Shown: piece by piece, positions 25,051-38,100 of the stretch | Layout: every line of letters starts with the position of its first letter | How positions within the stretch are numbered: position 1 is the first letter of the stretch | Assembly: GCF_964204645.1 (NCBI RefSeq) | Contig: NC_134031.1 | Coordinates: forward strand, 20,777,910-20,841,909 | Reading direction: 5' to 3' | From: Tubulanus polymorphus | Taxonomy: Eukaryota > Animalia > Nemertea | DNA: 64,000 nucleotides | Position numbers and translations under genes: made by a program | The notes under the pieces: model-generated | Seen by the model: the letters and a program-made list of their open reading frames with translations, nothing else | What the model was told of the DNA's origin: nothing | The model's database searches: none

Positions 25051-28000
25051 AATAATTCGTATTCAATATTCAAGTTCATTTAAATTTTACATCGAAAATT
25101 GGCAACGACAGTTTTTTTAAATGATACATACCTGGCTGCTCTTCTTCGCGCTTTTCTTTTTCTGTTTTCCAATTTTTTGAAAATAAACATTTATTCTCGC
25201 GACATACGAGAAGAAAGCCGAGCCCCGACAGGAAGAGGTGAACGTGGAGCACATGTAGCGTGTCTACAGCTATAACGTCAACTCGAGTACATTGTGCGAT
25301 TGTATGTGAAGCTATCATTAAATATTCCGTGTACCATTCTTCCTCTAAGATGATAAATCACCTTTTGCTAGCTGCTTTTTCCTGGCGCGAGAGTGCGGCG
25401 TCCATGCAGTAGTAGGGCAGAATATCAGCCGTGACAATAACAATGTCACCAGGCGCAAAGTGCATAGAATCCCGTCTCGACTGAAAAACAGAATCATTAG
25501 AAATCCACATGAGATTAAGGTCAAATGCGACAAAAACGGTTGCGATACTAAAATAACGCAGAAAAAACCACCATCGAGTCCTTATCATTAGCCGGTCATA
25601 TTCAAATTCGAATCACCAAAGAATAAATTATCGGGCTTCCATTTCGCGTGTGAAGCCTATAAATGCCATGTTACTTTTCTTTCGCTTAAAGTAAGGAGTG
25701 ATAACAACAACAACAACAACATGTATGATTTTCAACATCTAACGTAATAGAAATGTAAAAACAGGGCTTTCGAACGATACAAGGGAAACGGTTAAACTAA
25801 GAGGTGTTGGTCTAATTATGCTTGGAAATCGTATCGTTAGTTATTCCAGAGATTCCTGTCACGCTTTATCGCAGCGTTGTAAATCTCGCACAGATTAAAC
25901 TATGCGACTTATCTTGTAGCACCTTTTTAAGGTCGTCGGTATATAGCGCAGTAACAAGCAGTATCTGTCGTCAGACGATTGCCTCTCACGAGTGCAATTA
26001 TCTTACAGCCAAGTACGTACGCACATACACAACGCAACGACAGTCGAATGGGTTATTCGCGAAATGAATTATTACCACGATGTCATTATGAAACCGATAT
26101 GAAAGACGAAAATATGCAAATGAAGGACGACAAATCGAACGTTGGGCGTGTCCTATAGTTAAAGAATACCACACATGTTTGAAAAATACACGGAGAGCAC
26201 CATTTGCAGCGTGGCGAAATAAAAACAACTTCACTCGCCTTTTTCTTAGTCGTGAAAACCGGTTTTTTAAAGACGAAGTTCGCCTCCTACAGAGCGGAGT
26301 CAGTCCAATCTATAAAAGCAATAGGACACTTGTATACACTTCGTGCTAAAAAATTTAAAATGTAAAAAATGTGTATCGTTTTACTTTTGAGCCGGTATCA
26401 AAAGGATTCACGGGCTATTTAGGGCAAGTTTACGGCAGTTGTAAATGAAATGAATAGACGAACCCTGAAGAAATTTTAGGTTTTGTAATTTTTCAATTGT
26501 TTGTCTACTTAGTTTGTCTGGCGAAGCTAAGGCTTATTCGAATAGATCGTTTGACTTTTTGAAACATGCTGAGTAGACTTAATGGAGAGTTTAAGGGAGT
26601 GAGGATTCGATTGTCGAAAAATAAAAATTTGATAAATGAAGATCCATTGTAAATACGGTATCACTGCTGTTCAGTAATCTTGCGATGCAATCTTTACGTT
26701 GTCGCAGACGAGATGCACTTTACACATGCAGTTTGCCCATATTTCAAAACGCCAAGACGGAAATATATAAGGATTTATAATCCATCCACTGTTCACAGAT
26801 TGGGTATCCTTTTCTAGAAGAAAAAAAAACAATAAACTTCGTATATTTTACAACAAAAAAAGCAAGCCCACTTCTGTCTAAAGTAAAACATCACGCTATC
26901 ACTGAACCAGTAGTGCCCAAAAGGCAAAAGAAAATCAAATGTAAAATGTAATTTATAGCCATGTTTAAATAATGTTTATGTAATTGATATTCTTCTCCAA
27001 CCTACACATATTTATGGATTCACACATATATTGTAAACTATTTTCCACGCTCTAAGCAAATGTCTTTTTGTCGAGCAAAATAAACTTAACGCAACTGAAG
27101 TAATATATACCTGAGGTAAAAGTGCCGTGGGTTGAAATTTCTGTTTTGTCTATACAATTACGATGTATCAATATTTTACAAAATTAACAAATGACTCATT
27201 TTATTTCTATATGACGTTATTCCGCGTCCGATTTGTATACAATTTGCAGATTTAATGAAAATATTCATTCCATTATGCTACTCAATAAACAATTTAATTC
27301 TCAAATCATCAAAAATTTACACGTCTTTCCCTTTACAACTAACGGCTCAATTTAATGCAGTTCTGCACCGCTAATATGTTACGGCACGGATGATATGGTT
27401 CGTGAAATATCCCATTGTGAAAAACCCAGTCCTCTCGGGTTACTGACTACACCAGAACTATAGCCTGAATACCAGTCGTTGTTACGGGTTCCCCTACGGC
27501 TAGGTGCTAGACTGACCAAAACTAACGCTGTGAAAACTAAAAAAAAGGTTTTCCAACTCTCAAGCTAAATACAAACCAGGCATCAAATATCTTAAAATCG
27601 GAGCACACTAAGTGTCATGCAGGCTTAACTTGCATATTATGAATTCTGTGTCGAATATATCCTCATTTCAAATTAAAACAAATATCAGATGTTGTACCTT
27701 TTTGCAACTATGTTATCGCAAGAAGAGTAGGTGATAATCCGTCTCTTGGGGAACGGGCAAATATGCAACTAAAGAAGTCATTATAGACGGTTAACAGACA
27801 TCATACTTGGCGAGTTGTTTTGGATACAGGGCCATCATTCAACTCTGATGCCAGGGCAAATTATTTTTCTTGTTAGCTATGCAAGATAGTCCTCAAAATC
27901 AAGGTGCCGAATTATGAAAATCAACACACACGTTTTAGGATAATTTCTTTTTTTAAGCAATTGCAAATATGTATGTATCATCCATAATAGAAATCAATGA

Positions 28001-29190
28001 ATATTAAAGATCGACTTGACTCCATAGGAAAGTCCCAAGGCAGACGTGGAGATTTTGTAAAAAACCCGGGGTTGGTTTTATCTGAACTCAAATCAACTTT
28101 GATTTTGAGTCCTATGGTTTTATAGACTGACCACAATTAACGTCGCAATTGAAAATGCGATCGCAGGGGCAGACTGTCTGACAGGAGTCAAATGAAAAGA
28201 AGGGAAATGAAATGGCTAATGGCTACGTAAAGGGCAACATATGACAACATGACACTTGTACCTGGTGGCCGTGCCCGACGTCCGTTTCACGCATCCGAAA
28301 TTATCGTCCACGTTTTACGCTAGACTTTGTGGAGACGCTCGAAAGTCAAATGCAATTCAATTCAATTATTCTCTGTATCCATGCAAGAAAATCGAAAAGG
28401 ACCTCACGAATAACTTCCTAGATATTTTACCGCACCAGATACATAATAAATGACTAATAGTTTAATTAGTTGTGTAAGTATTTCTGATTTTGTTGATCGC
28501 TATTCTACTACTAAGTCAGCCAGTCTCGGCGGTCGGATATTCTTGACTTGGTTTCCCAGATTCCAGACTAACCCTTTTGAATTGTTCATTTAACCTCACA
28601 ATGGGACCACATCCTTTGAAGTGTTGCACGCTGTATGGAGCCAGCAGGACTCAAACCCGCTCGTCATTGACAGTCAGTGGAATGCAACATGCCTAAGAGT
28701 TGCTAAGACTGATTGTGTGGTGGTTTTTTCATGATGGGAACTTGATATTTTCACTGAGAACCTTAGCACCAGTGGTATAAGTTAACGCTGAATCACCAAC
28801 CTGTGGTTCACACGAGCTCTTAGTTACGCGTGGAGCGCTGCGAACCGGACATTTTCAGGACTGAGTGAAATGATATTTCACTGACACAGCGTTATTCCTT
28901 TTAACGGTGCTATATCAGGTATGTACGAGTGATTGAGCTAAGCCTCCTGATGTCCTTTCAAACCGAGTAGACATTAATGTAGATGCCTGTTTTTACTGCA
29001 TAATCTTAAGATAGTTGGTTGCGTCATCTCTTCTACTGAATCCTTTTTCTAGTCATCTGATGTTGCAATGAAGCTAATTATATTGCGATGAAATGAAATA
29101 TTGGCTCTTTGATTTCCAGGAATCTCCAGGTACCGTAATCGTAAAAAGATCAGATCAAAGATATAGAGCTGAACTGCGCGCACACCGGCG

Positions 29191-32100
29191 ATGTCTCAAA
29201 GCAAATTAGATGACGTTGTTAGTTGGAGTCTGGATGAATGCAACAACCAGTTTGCAAAAACATTTAAAGCACTGCGCGTATCCTTTTAATCCCTTTGCTA
29301 ATTATCGCGTTTAATTTTTTAATTATTTTTGTTAGCCTAACTCGCAAATGCAAAAGGCCTTTGGAATTTCCAAATTTTTTGATGGATTAGAAATATTTAT
29401 TGGAAATAGGCATCTTTTTAGTATTACTGCGGCAATTGAGGATTCTACATGTGGCAAGGAAGCAATAATACATGGTTCACTTGTTCACTTGTTAATTGGT
29501 CTTTTGCATTTCAATATCTTCATCTCACATGACAATTTAACTCATCTAACAATTTAACACCAGTTTTGATATTCAATATCATAACTGAACTGTGCAACTG
29601 GACCCAAGGAGTGCGAAAGTGGTCTTATTAACCTTGAGACTGGTCTTACGTTGTTAGAGTAAGCAGCCTAAAAAATCCATCTCAAGGTTGATTGAAAATG
29701 AACTGAAATTTTGACGAAGTATGGGTGAGTGCTCAACACGTGCCATCTGTTGGTGCTGCAATTCCCTTTTAGTTTTTCTCCTCATTGCTTGCAGAGAAAT
29801 TGTATAGACCTACTTCGGAAAATTAAAAATCAAAATTGATACACAAAATATGCGTCCAGTTTATCAAAAATATCTAAACCTCACTGGGATTTTTATGTAT
29901 TACGCGTATCATTTATTTTGTTCACTTCTTTAACATACAACAAGATGAAGCTCAAGGAAGCGGATAATTTGAAAGAAACAGCAGGTCTGTTATGTTTTAT
30001 CCAGAAGTTGACTTGAGTTCGTTCAATAGTAAGGACTATGAAAGACTGTTTTACAACTTCATCGGTGTCTCATTTTTCAGGTGTGCTGAAAATTCTGTGT
30101 TCAGAAAATTTTGTACAGTCAATCGAACATGCCGATCTTCAAGTGCAACTATTTCCGGATATAAGTGAAAAGGTAAAAAAACAAATCTTGTTCAATTTAT
30201 TTGGCGGCTATGGAAGCTCTTTGTTCGTTTTACAAACTGGGATGATTTTTTGGGATACCTGTATCGCAAACCTGGTATTGAAACACAAATAAGGAAATTT
30301 AAGGTATTTCATCCTGGATTCAATGATGAAACAGATTCACTCATGCACTGAAGTTTGTCGTAGCGCGGTTCCGCTGTATGAGGCAGGCTTTATCTAACTG
30401 TATTTTAAAGGCTTACCCGATGCATGAATTGTTTTTGCAGGTTCGGGAACATGGACTTTCGACTTTTGCGGAAATGAAGGATTTCGTAGCTCAAGGTGAA
30501 AGCATTGAGCGGATTATCGAAAAATTTGAGGTATTTCCGACGACCGATGTAGAAATCTTTAAACTCTCTCTGAATCTTGAAGTTGAATTTTCATTCATTT
30601 AAGTTGTGGTTAAGTTTAGTTTAGTGCGATACCATAAATTTGTAGGACTTTGATTAGAATCATCCTTTATAGTTATGGATTGAAATCAGTTCATTAATTC
30701 TTGAACTCTAGAAATCGATGAAAATCATAACTATTAAGACTGATTTATAGGCTTATCTTATACGAAGAATATACGATATATAGAGATCATCAATCTACTA
30801 ACTTTGTTTTCTTTTTGATGATTAATAAATATTATTATTATTATAATTAACCCAAAAGAAAATGAGTAATACTGTAAACCATGTGTAAGTCGGATGTTTC
30901 TGGACCGGAAGTTTTTCCACGACTTACTTTGAGAAAGTCGGATTTTCAAGCTTGATTTCAGTACGCTCTGTTGATTCAGATCATAAGAATCAAACAACTG
31001 AGACGAGTTTCCAACTTAGTTTGGACGGAAACGAATTACGCTTGGTTTACCGTGTTCAAAATAGGAAAATATCGATAATAAAATGTCGATCATCTATTTC
31101 ACAGTATTTGAAGGAATGCATACATTGTATGAAAGTATGTATTGACAGCATTAACAAGAAAGAATCAGTCGATATAAAACATATCATTCAGATTGCAAAC
31201 GCAGTTATGGAACTTTTGCAAGTGTCCTATTCACATTATACGGTAAGAAATGTACAGCGTTGAATCTTTCAAAAGAACGATTGAATTTTCCTTTTAGAAA
31301 TAAATGATGATTTAGCCACGTTCACATGCCAGTCAGTCCCTTCCGATAAGCTGGTGTTATCACTGGTCCAGCCAGAGGAAACACTGTGGTTCGATTTTAA
31401 AGCAAAGTTTTTCTATTCACACTGGTCCAGACTTAGATTTAGAACGAACATGGATCAGTCTTTTTGGTCTGTCTGAATTGGTCCATTCAAAAATGAAATT
31501 TGGTCCATTCTAAATCGGAACAAACGAGAATTCTAAATAATGTAGTGTATAAAGGCAGCTTCAGGCTTGAAATTCGGGATCAGTTATTTGTTTGACATTC
31601 ACTCGCGTAATGCTGAAAACCTGCACCGTGGATGCTGGGAGAATTGACATCATCACCTTTTAGCATTATAAATTCCAGTAGTAATCGGCAGCACATCACA
31701 ACCAGCGATTCTTCAGCATGTACTCAAAAGTAAACAATCTCTGATATAAGACAACAAACATTTTCAAAACTAATTTATTTCTTAAGTGAAAATTCTTTTC
31801 GAACTAGTTGTTGCAAGCGCAATAACAGTGGATCACGCGGTCTCTGGTGAACTCAAGGACCAGATGATCTCACTGGATAGTGGAACATACAGTTCCCTGA
31901 AGGTTTGGTAAAGTAGATAGATGAATCTCTGAGATCGTTACGATACAGTTTTTACTATATTAAGTTGATATAGCTGTCTAGTTGAGTTAGCAGTCGATTT
32001 GGGAACAAATGCACAATATTCAAATGTAACCTAGTTAAGGTATTGTTTCACAATGATGGAATGTTTACAGTTAACGAGTCAACATTTTACGTATTTACAA

Positions 32101-35100
32101 AGCCTAAAGCGCACGACGCACCATTAGCACTGAACAGAAACAGTTAACTCTGGAGTGTATGCATTGTTTCAATTACGATTACTGGGAATTCTCAGCACTT
32201 GTGGCGCTGTAGGTTTGTATTGGCATTAGCGGGCAAACCAATTTATCCTAAGGCATAAACACAAATTCAGTTTCTTGTTTCGAGGATTTGTTTTGTGTAC
32301 GCTAGGCTTTAGACGCGATTACAAGGACTGTTGACAAATCACGCAGCTACTTCCGACCGGGTTATTCTTTATTTCTTCTTTTTGTAACGAGTCAGGAAAA
32401 AGTAGTTCGGTCGTTCGTCGTTGGCCGGATGTTTAACAAAGTAGCCTTTCGCGTCAAATTTCAAAAACATGTTATCAGAACATGACTTCAACGCGAATCG
32501 TGAACTGTCCTCTCCGTGAAAACTGAGCTCAAACTGCGCGCTGGTATCGTGCAGATCCGATTTTTGATACGGCTGAAAAATATTTAAAAATTTCTGAAAT
32601 GGACTCAAGAGAAAACCTCCTATCATTAAGCGCTACTGTCATACTCACCCTAGCCTTTAAAATACCGTCGTCCATACAGAGGATGTAGTTATTGTATTGG
32701 ACGTTTGTCGCCATGGTGCGAAATTGGTAAATAGCACCGTTATCGAAAAACTGAAACGCGTGAAACACAGCTGAAAATAATCGAAATTCAACATCTTATT
32801 TATGAAGACATTTCAAGCAAATTACAACCATTCAATCTTTGAAATTCATTTTTTCAAGCACTAACTATAGCGCGGACCCCGCTCAAGTCAGATCGTGTTG
32901 GACAATGAAAATTCATCTGCCTCAATTGATATCCGAACTGAATATATCCCGTATTCTCGAGTACAATTCAACTTGAGCAGAGTCTCGAGAGTATGTACTG
33001 ATGTCAAGTATCTCTTCACCTGTTCAGTTTGAACATCAAATATCTTGTCAAAACGACATCAAAGTACAGATATATAGTTGTGGGTGATCGACGGTCAAAT
33101 TCACAGAATTATCTGTTTAAAGTAAATAATTGGTAAATTTGGTAGTTTCTGTACTTACTATTCAGATCGTTACAACTTCCTTTAGCGTCGACTATTCCAG
33201 CATCATTAACTCGTAGATATCGATGAGACACACGTATGTTACTGGTGCACAGTTGTAAATATCGCGAGTCGCCGATTTCGTCGTCGTGTTCGTTTCCTGT
33301 GAGAAATATCAACCAGTCTTCGACCGTGTGATCAGACGTATCGACGACCTAGCAATAGAGTCATAGAAACATCAACCAGTCTTCGACCGTATGATCAGAC
33401 GTATCGACGACCTAGCAATAGAGTCATAGAAATATCAACCAGTCTTCGACCGTATGATCAGACGTATCGACGACCTAGCAATAGAGTCATAGAAACATCA
33501 ACCAGTCTTCGACCGTATGATCAGACGTATCGACGACCTAGCAATAGAATCATAGACATATCAACCAGTCTTCGACCGTATGATCAGACGTATCGACGAC
33601 CTAGCAATAGAATCATAGAAATATCAACCAGTCTTCGACCGTATGATCAGACGTATCGACGACCTAGCAATAGAGTCATATAAAACGTGATCGCGTGGAG
33701 ACAATATATTCACTCGTGTTGACACTGAGTAAAATCAATTTGAGATTTTGAATTTTTTCGTCGTTCTCGTCTCCAATATCAAGTTCAATCATCTCGTATG
33801 TTGAGTTATAGTAAGCTGATTTAGGCCCGGTATTAGTGTATTAAACGAGCTGATACGTGTACTGAAAGTTACTAAAAAGGAGGCCTGAAAAACTATTTGG
33901 AGCGACCGTATTCGACGGTTCACCAAACTTGCTAGGACCAGATCCGAGTCAGATTTGGCCCGTTATGCGAGTTTGGTCTTGAATGTAAAGAATGAATTTA
34001 AAGAATGTTTTTTATTCATATTAGACTAACAACAACAACATACCTGTTTCAATTCATAACAGGTGTGCTGTTTGTTCAATATGAACAGAAATGCAAGGCC
34101 TGACAATATCGTCTTACGCGGTAAACAACCTCAATTACCTCGCAATAGACGCCTCGATTTTTTTTGTATAGATTTTGCCCCATCTTCCACTGGAACATAG
34201 ATTGATTTACATTTGTGAAAGCACCTTTGCTTCTGAGACTTGAAAGCAAGCCGATAATATCTCTTTGAAAAAAATAATCTGGAATTGATTGCTGTGTTGC
34301 TTGATTGCTTTATCGACATTTAGTCATAGAATTGGGTTAACGACTTCGTGGGATTAAATCTGTCGTGGAGACTAAGTGTCTAGGCTGCCCAGTCAATGCA
34401 GGCATTACTATCACTGCGCTGCTTGCAACCAAAACCCGCCACACATTTATTTTGGGGTTCCAAATCTGCAAATTGATCTGTATTAAGTATATAATGTTAT
34501 ACACATACAGCGATTTTCTGGTAGTTTTATTGATCATTGATTTGATTTGATTCATTTGATGATTATCATGGTACAAATAATTGTTACATAGTTTATACAT
34601 ATAATGCATGACAATCATCAGGACCTCGGAAATCATTATGTGATTGTCAAGCCGAGGCCCTGGAGCAGATCACAAATGCAATTATGAAACGAAGGACGAT
34701 TGAGAATGATGGAATGATAATATTTGGATGATAATAAGAAGGATGCAAAATTCTACGTTAAATGATGAATGAAAAACCGATAAAACTCTTACCTCGAACT
34801 CTATGCCTGATATATTCATGTTATCTCTGTATATCTAGTTGTACGGTAGCTCGTATGATGCAGCTTTAGTCGACGCACGTTTCAATGAGTCCTGTTCAGT
34901 GTACGCTGTTTATATAATCTACCAATGCTTCGTGTTGTGTTGTGTCGTCCTACAGTTAAAATCAACTATCGATATTCATTCATCGATGGGAAAAGGTTGT
35001 TATGAAATACGTCCCTGGTTAGAGTTGATCGATATAATATATAGTAATAATCGGGACACAATGACACTTCAACTATACATGTTACTTCTGCATATAAATA

Positions 35101-38100
35101 CACTGAAAAAAATCATATCGACAATGAATGCTATCGGTGACCCTCATATATTGGTTTTGATGTGTTCAGCGGGAATCAAATTCTACAAAATGTATTGTTC
35201 GCCAATTATCACGTGCGTAATTAGTTTAAAACCTGGACTAGGTTTCAATGATATGGAAGAAAAATAGTCCCTGGGAACATTTTGAAATTTGTCAGTTATA
35301 ACCATGGTTTCTCATTGTTACTATGGTGGTTGTCAACCAGATTGAGGATTTATCCCTCGGGATAACATTGATACTCAGGCTATGAAATCAGGCCTAGGAT
35401 GGTAAGTTTAAAACCTGCTATAAAAACAAAATTTGAAAGACAGTGATTCTATTGGTATAATCATCAAGATTGGATTAAATTGATTCATTAACTCATTAGC
35501 TTAATGCCTTGTTGCCTGATTCTGCATTGCCAGGATTTTCTAGGACCCATTATGAAATCATTATTCCCATCATTGAATTATTATTTCACAACTCGTACAT
35601 GAATTTCAAGTCATTATTCTGTTGTCAGTAGAATCCATTACCCCTATACGAGAAATACTTTTGACATTTTATTGCCATTTCATTTTCTATTTTCTAGGAA
35701 AGCTTGGAGATATACAAGGATATGGTCAGAGGGCTGAAAATAGGTAGTCTATTCAACCGAAATCTTACGTTACAATTAGTAAGTATTAATGACACAGAGA
35801 TATTTCGGTCCGGGTCACACTAGCCCGTACCTGACCTGAGTCATCTATCCCAATATGATTCCCTGCGTCAAGGAGTGGGTTTAATTCCAGATGCCATTTT
35901 ATAGACTAGTTGCTCATAACATTAACCAGTCGACAACTGGTAAAATCTATTGTATTTGTAACTTTATAGTTAACTTTCAAGAGTAACTGGTCCTGTTTTA
36001 CTGGCGATCATTTTGGACAACCCAAATACCCAGCTGATGAATGATCCACCCACTAGCTACACCAGTACCGGTAGGATCTAATGTCTCAAACTTTTCCTTT
36101 TTTCCAGGCTTTTTCAAAACTTCTCGATAAAATTCAGATTCCTGCTGAAGCTACTGATGATGAAGTTCAACTATTAACCACTAGTTAGTAAAACCTGATG
36201 CACTGCATCTTATTAAGTCATCAAGCCAAAATGAGCTTGAACTGGTTTTCAAATTGCTAGGTTAATTATAGAACTGAAATTGGCTTAGATTGGATTTAAA
36301 TCGACGCAGGAACTGTAAAATTGCCCCTTCAAAACAGCATAAAGTACATGTGCTAGTATTTCTGTATTTTCAGTATGCAATAGATTCTGTGAAATAAGCA
36401 TGATACTAAAAAGGGTTGATGGAAGAATGGCCGTTGGTCCATGGCGTATAGTATCAAGGTAATAAATAGATAAACATATCATATAAAATTGAAGTAATGA
36501 TTGTATGATCACGGGTGTAACTCTAAACACTGGGGGTTTTTTATCAGACTGATTGAGCGACATCTCGAACATATGAAGAACAGTTTAGATGGAGATAGAC
36601 TTGTCTCTGGATTATGTATGTGTTTACTAACAGCTTGTAAAAGGCTTGATCGCAGAAAAGATGGTTGTTCTAAGGTATTTATTTACCATTGATGTTAGGA
36701 GGTCCTCCTGCCTTCTATGATAATGATTGTCGACAAGATAAAATCATCAAAATTCTATTTCTCGCCTCAAAGAAATATGCTAATCCATCTTTAGTGATAT
36801 CTTGATGTCACTATCAATCTTTAGCCTGGAACCACCCCTTCAGACATTGACTATTGTAGTGTCAAGTTTTGACGATCACTTTTTTGAAAGTGTTGTGATG
36901 AAATGACTCATTTCGGGAGTCCATTGTTCTTCTGAAAAGTGTCTGATGTGAGATTTCAAACACAAGTCGTGAAGACTGGACGATCATAAATATGAAGAAT
37001 GGTGGTAATGTATTAAAGGTCTGAGGGGTGGTTCCAAACAGTAGATCTTCATCATACCAGCCTACACTCATCTAAACCAGTAGTCAAAGTGAAACGTCAA
37101 AATGTTGTGACACATTACATAATTCACTTAATAGCCACAAACCAGACGATCCAGGTGCATTTTGGCCCGGGCCACCGTTCACACGAGTGCCAAATTTGGT
37201 CTGACTAAAAATGTAAGAAAAAACGTCGGACCAGGCCTGAGCCAAATTTTAGCACCGGTTAAATTATTGCCTGTGAATTACAACTGGTTCCTGAATTGAC
37301 TCACTTCACTTTGTTTAAGTATTGTTTAGTATCGAGTGAGTGGTTCACGTATGAATGCGCTCTCTTATTAGACACGGGCCAAATTTGACATGGGCCTAAT
37401 CTGGCCAAATTATCTCTGTGTGCTGGCTTATACATATGAAAGAAGGATACCAGATGTCAGACTATCTGACACATTAAGCTTCAAAATTTTTGTTTGCTCG
37501 TACCTGAGTTTAGCAGTACTGTTCTCATTTTGCAATTTGAAATTATAGTTAACCGTTGTGGATGAGGAAAAGTTGAAGATGTTAGTGGAAGTAATCAGTG
37601 TTCAGGTGGAAATTCTTGTCACGTTCATCAGAGATTTGACAATCGAATCATCCATTGATCTAATCTACGAGGTTTCCGTGCGAGTAAACGGGTAAATTAT
37701 TCATTTCAAGTTTTAGATTTTTTCTCTACTCTAAATTGAAAATGAACCTATCATTCAGGTATCAATTAGCTGCCAAGACCCACCTCCTTCAAATCAATAC
37801 TCTGTAATGATGAATGATGATTATTTGAAGGAACCTCTCATTTCAATGACTTCAACAATGTGAATTGTCTGTAATCAGTTTTGAGCATCCAGGCCCCAAA
37901 GTTTCAACTAGACAGCATTTTAGAATAATGAATGCCCCAATTCTGTATCAATGTCAGATAATTGATAAAGCAAAAAACTATATATGGTAAACTCTTCACG
38001 TAGGCTACATCCACAGAGTTTAACACCAGACCTGCCCACTCAGTACATACAACTTTTAGAGACGCATTTGTTTGGAGTGATGGATCCAATGTTATCATTA

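Noticed and set aside
33302-33680. CRISPR-like array
   Set aside because: Contiguous 63-bp units with no unique spacers, eukaryotic context and no cas genes; it is a tandem repeat.
34044-34189. In-frame TGA (possible selenocysteine or readthrough) in the beta-trefoil gene 5' region
   Set aside because: The TGA falls inside a 71-nt GT-AG intron (34138-34068) in the better gene model.
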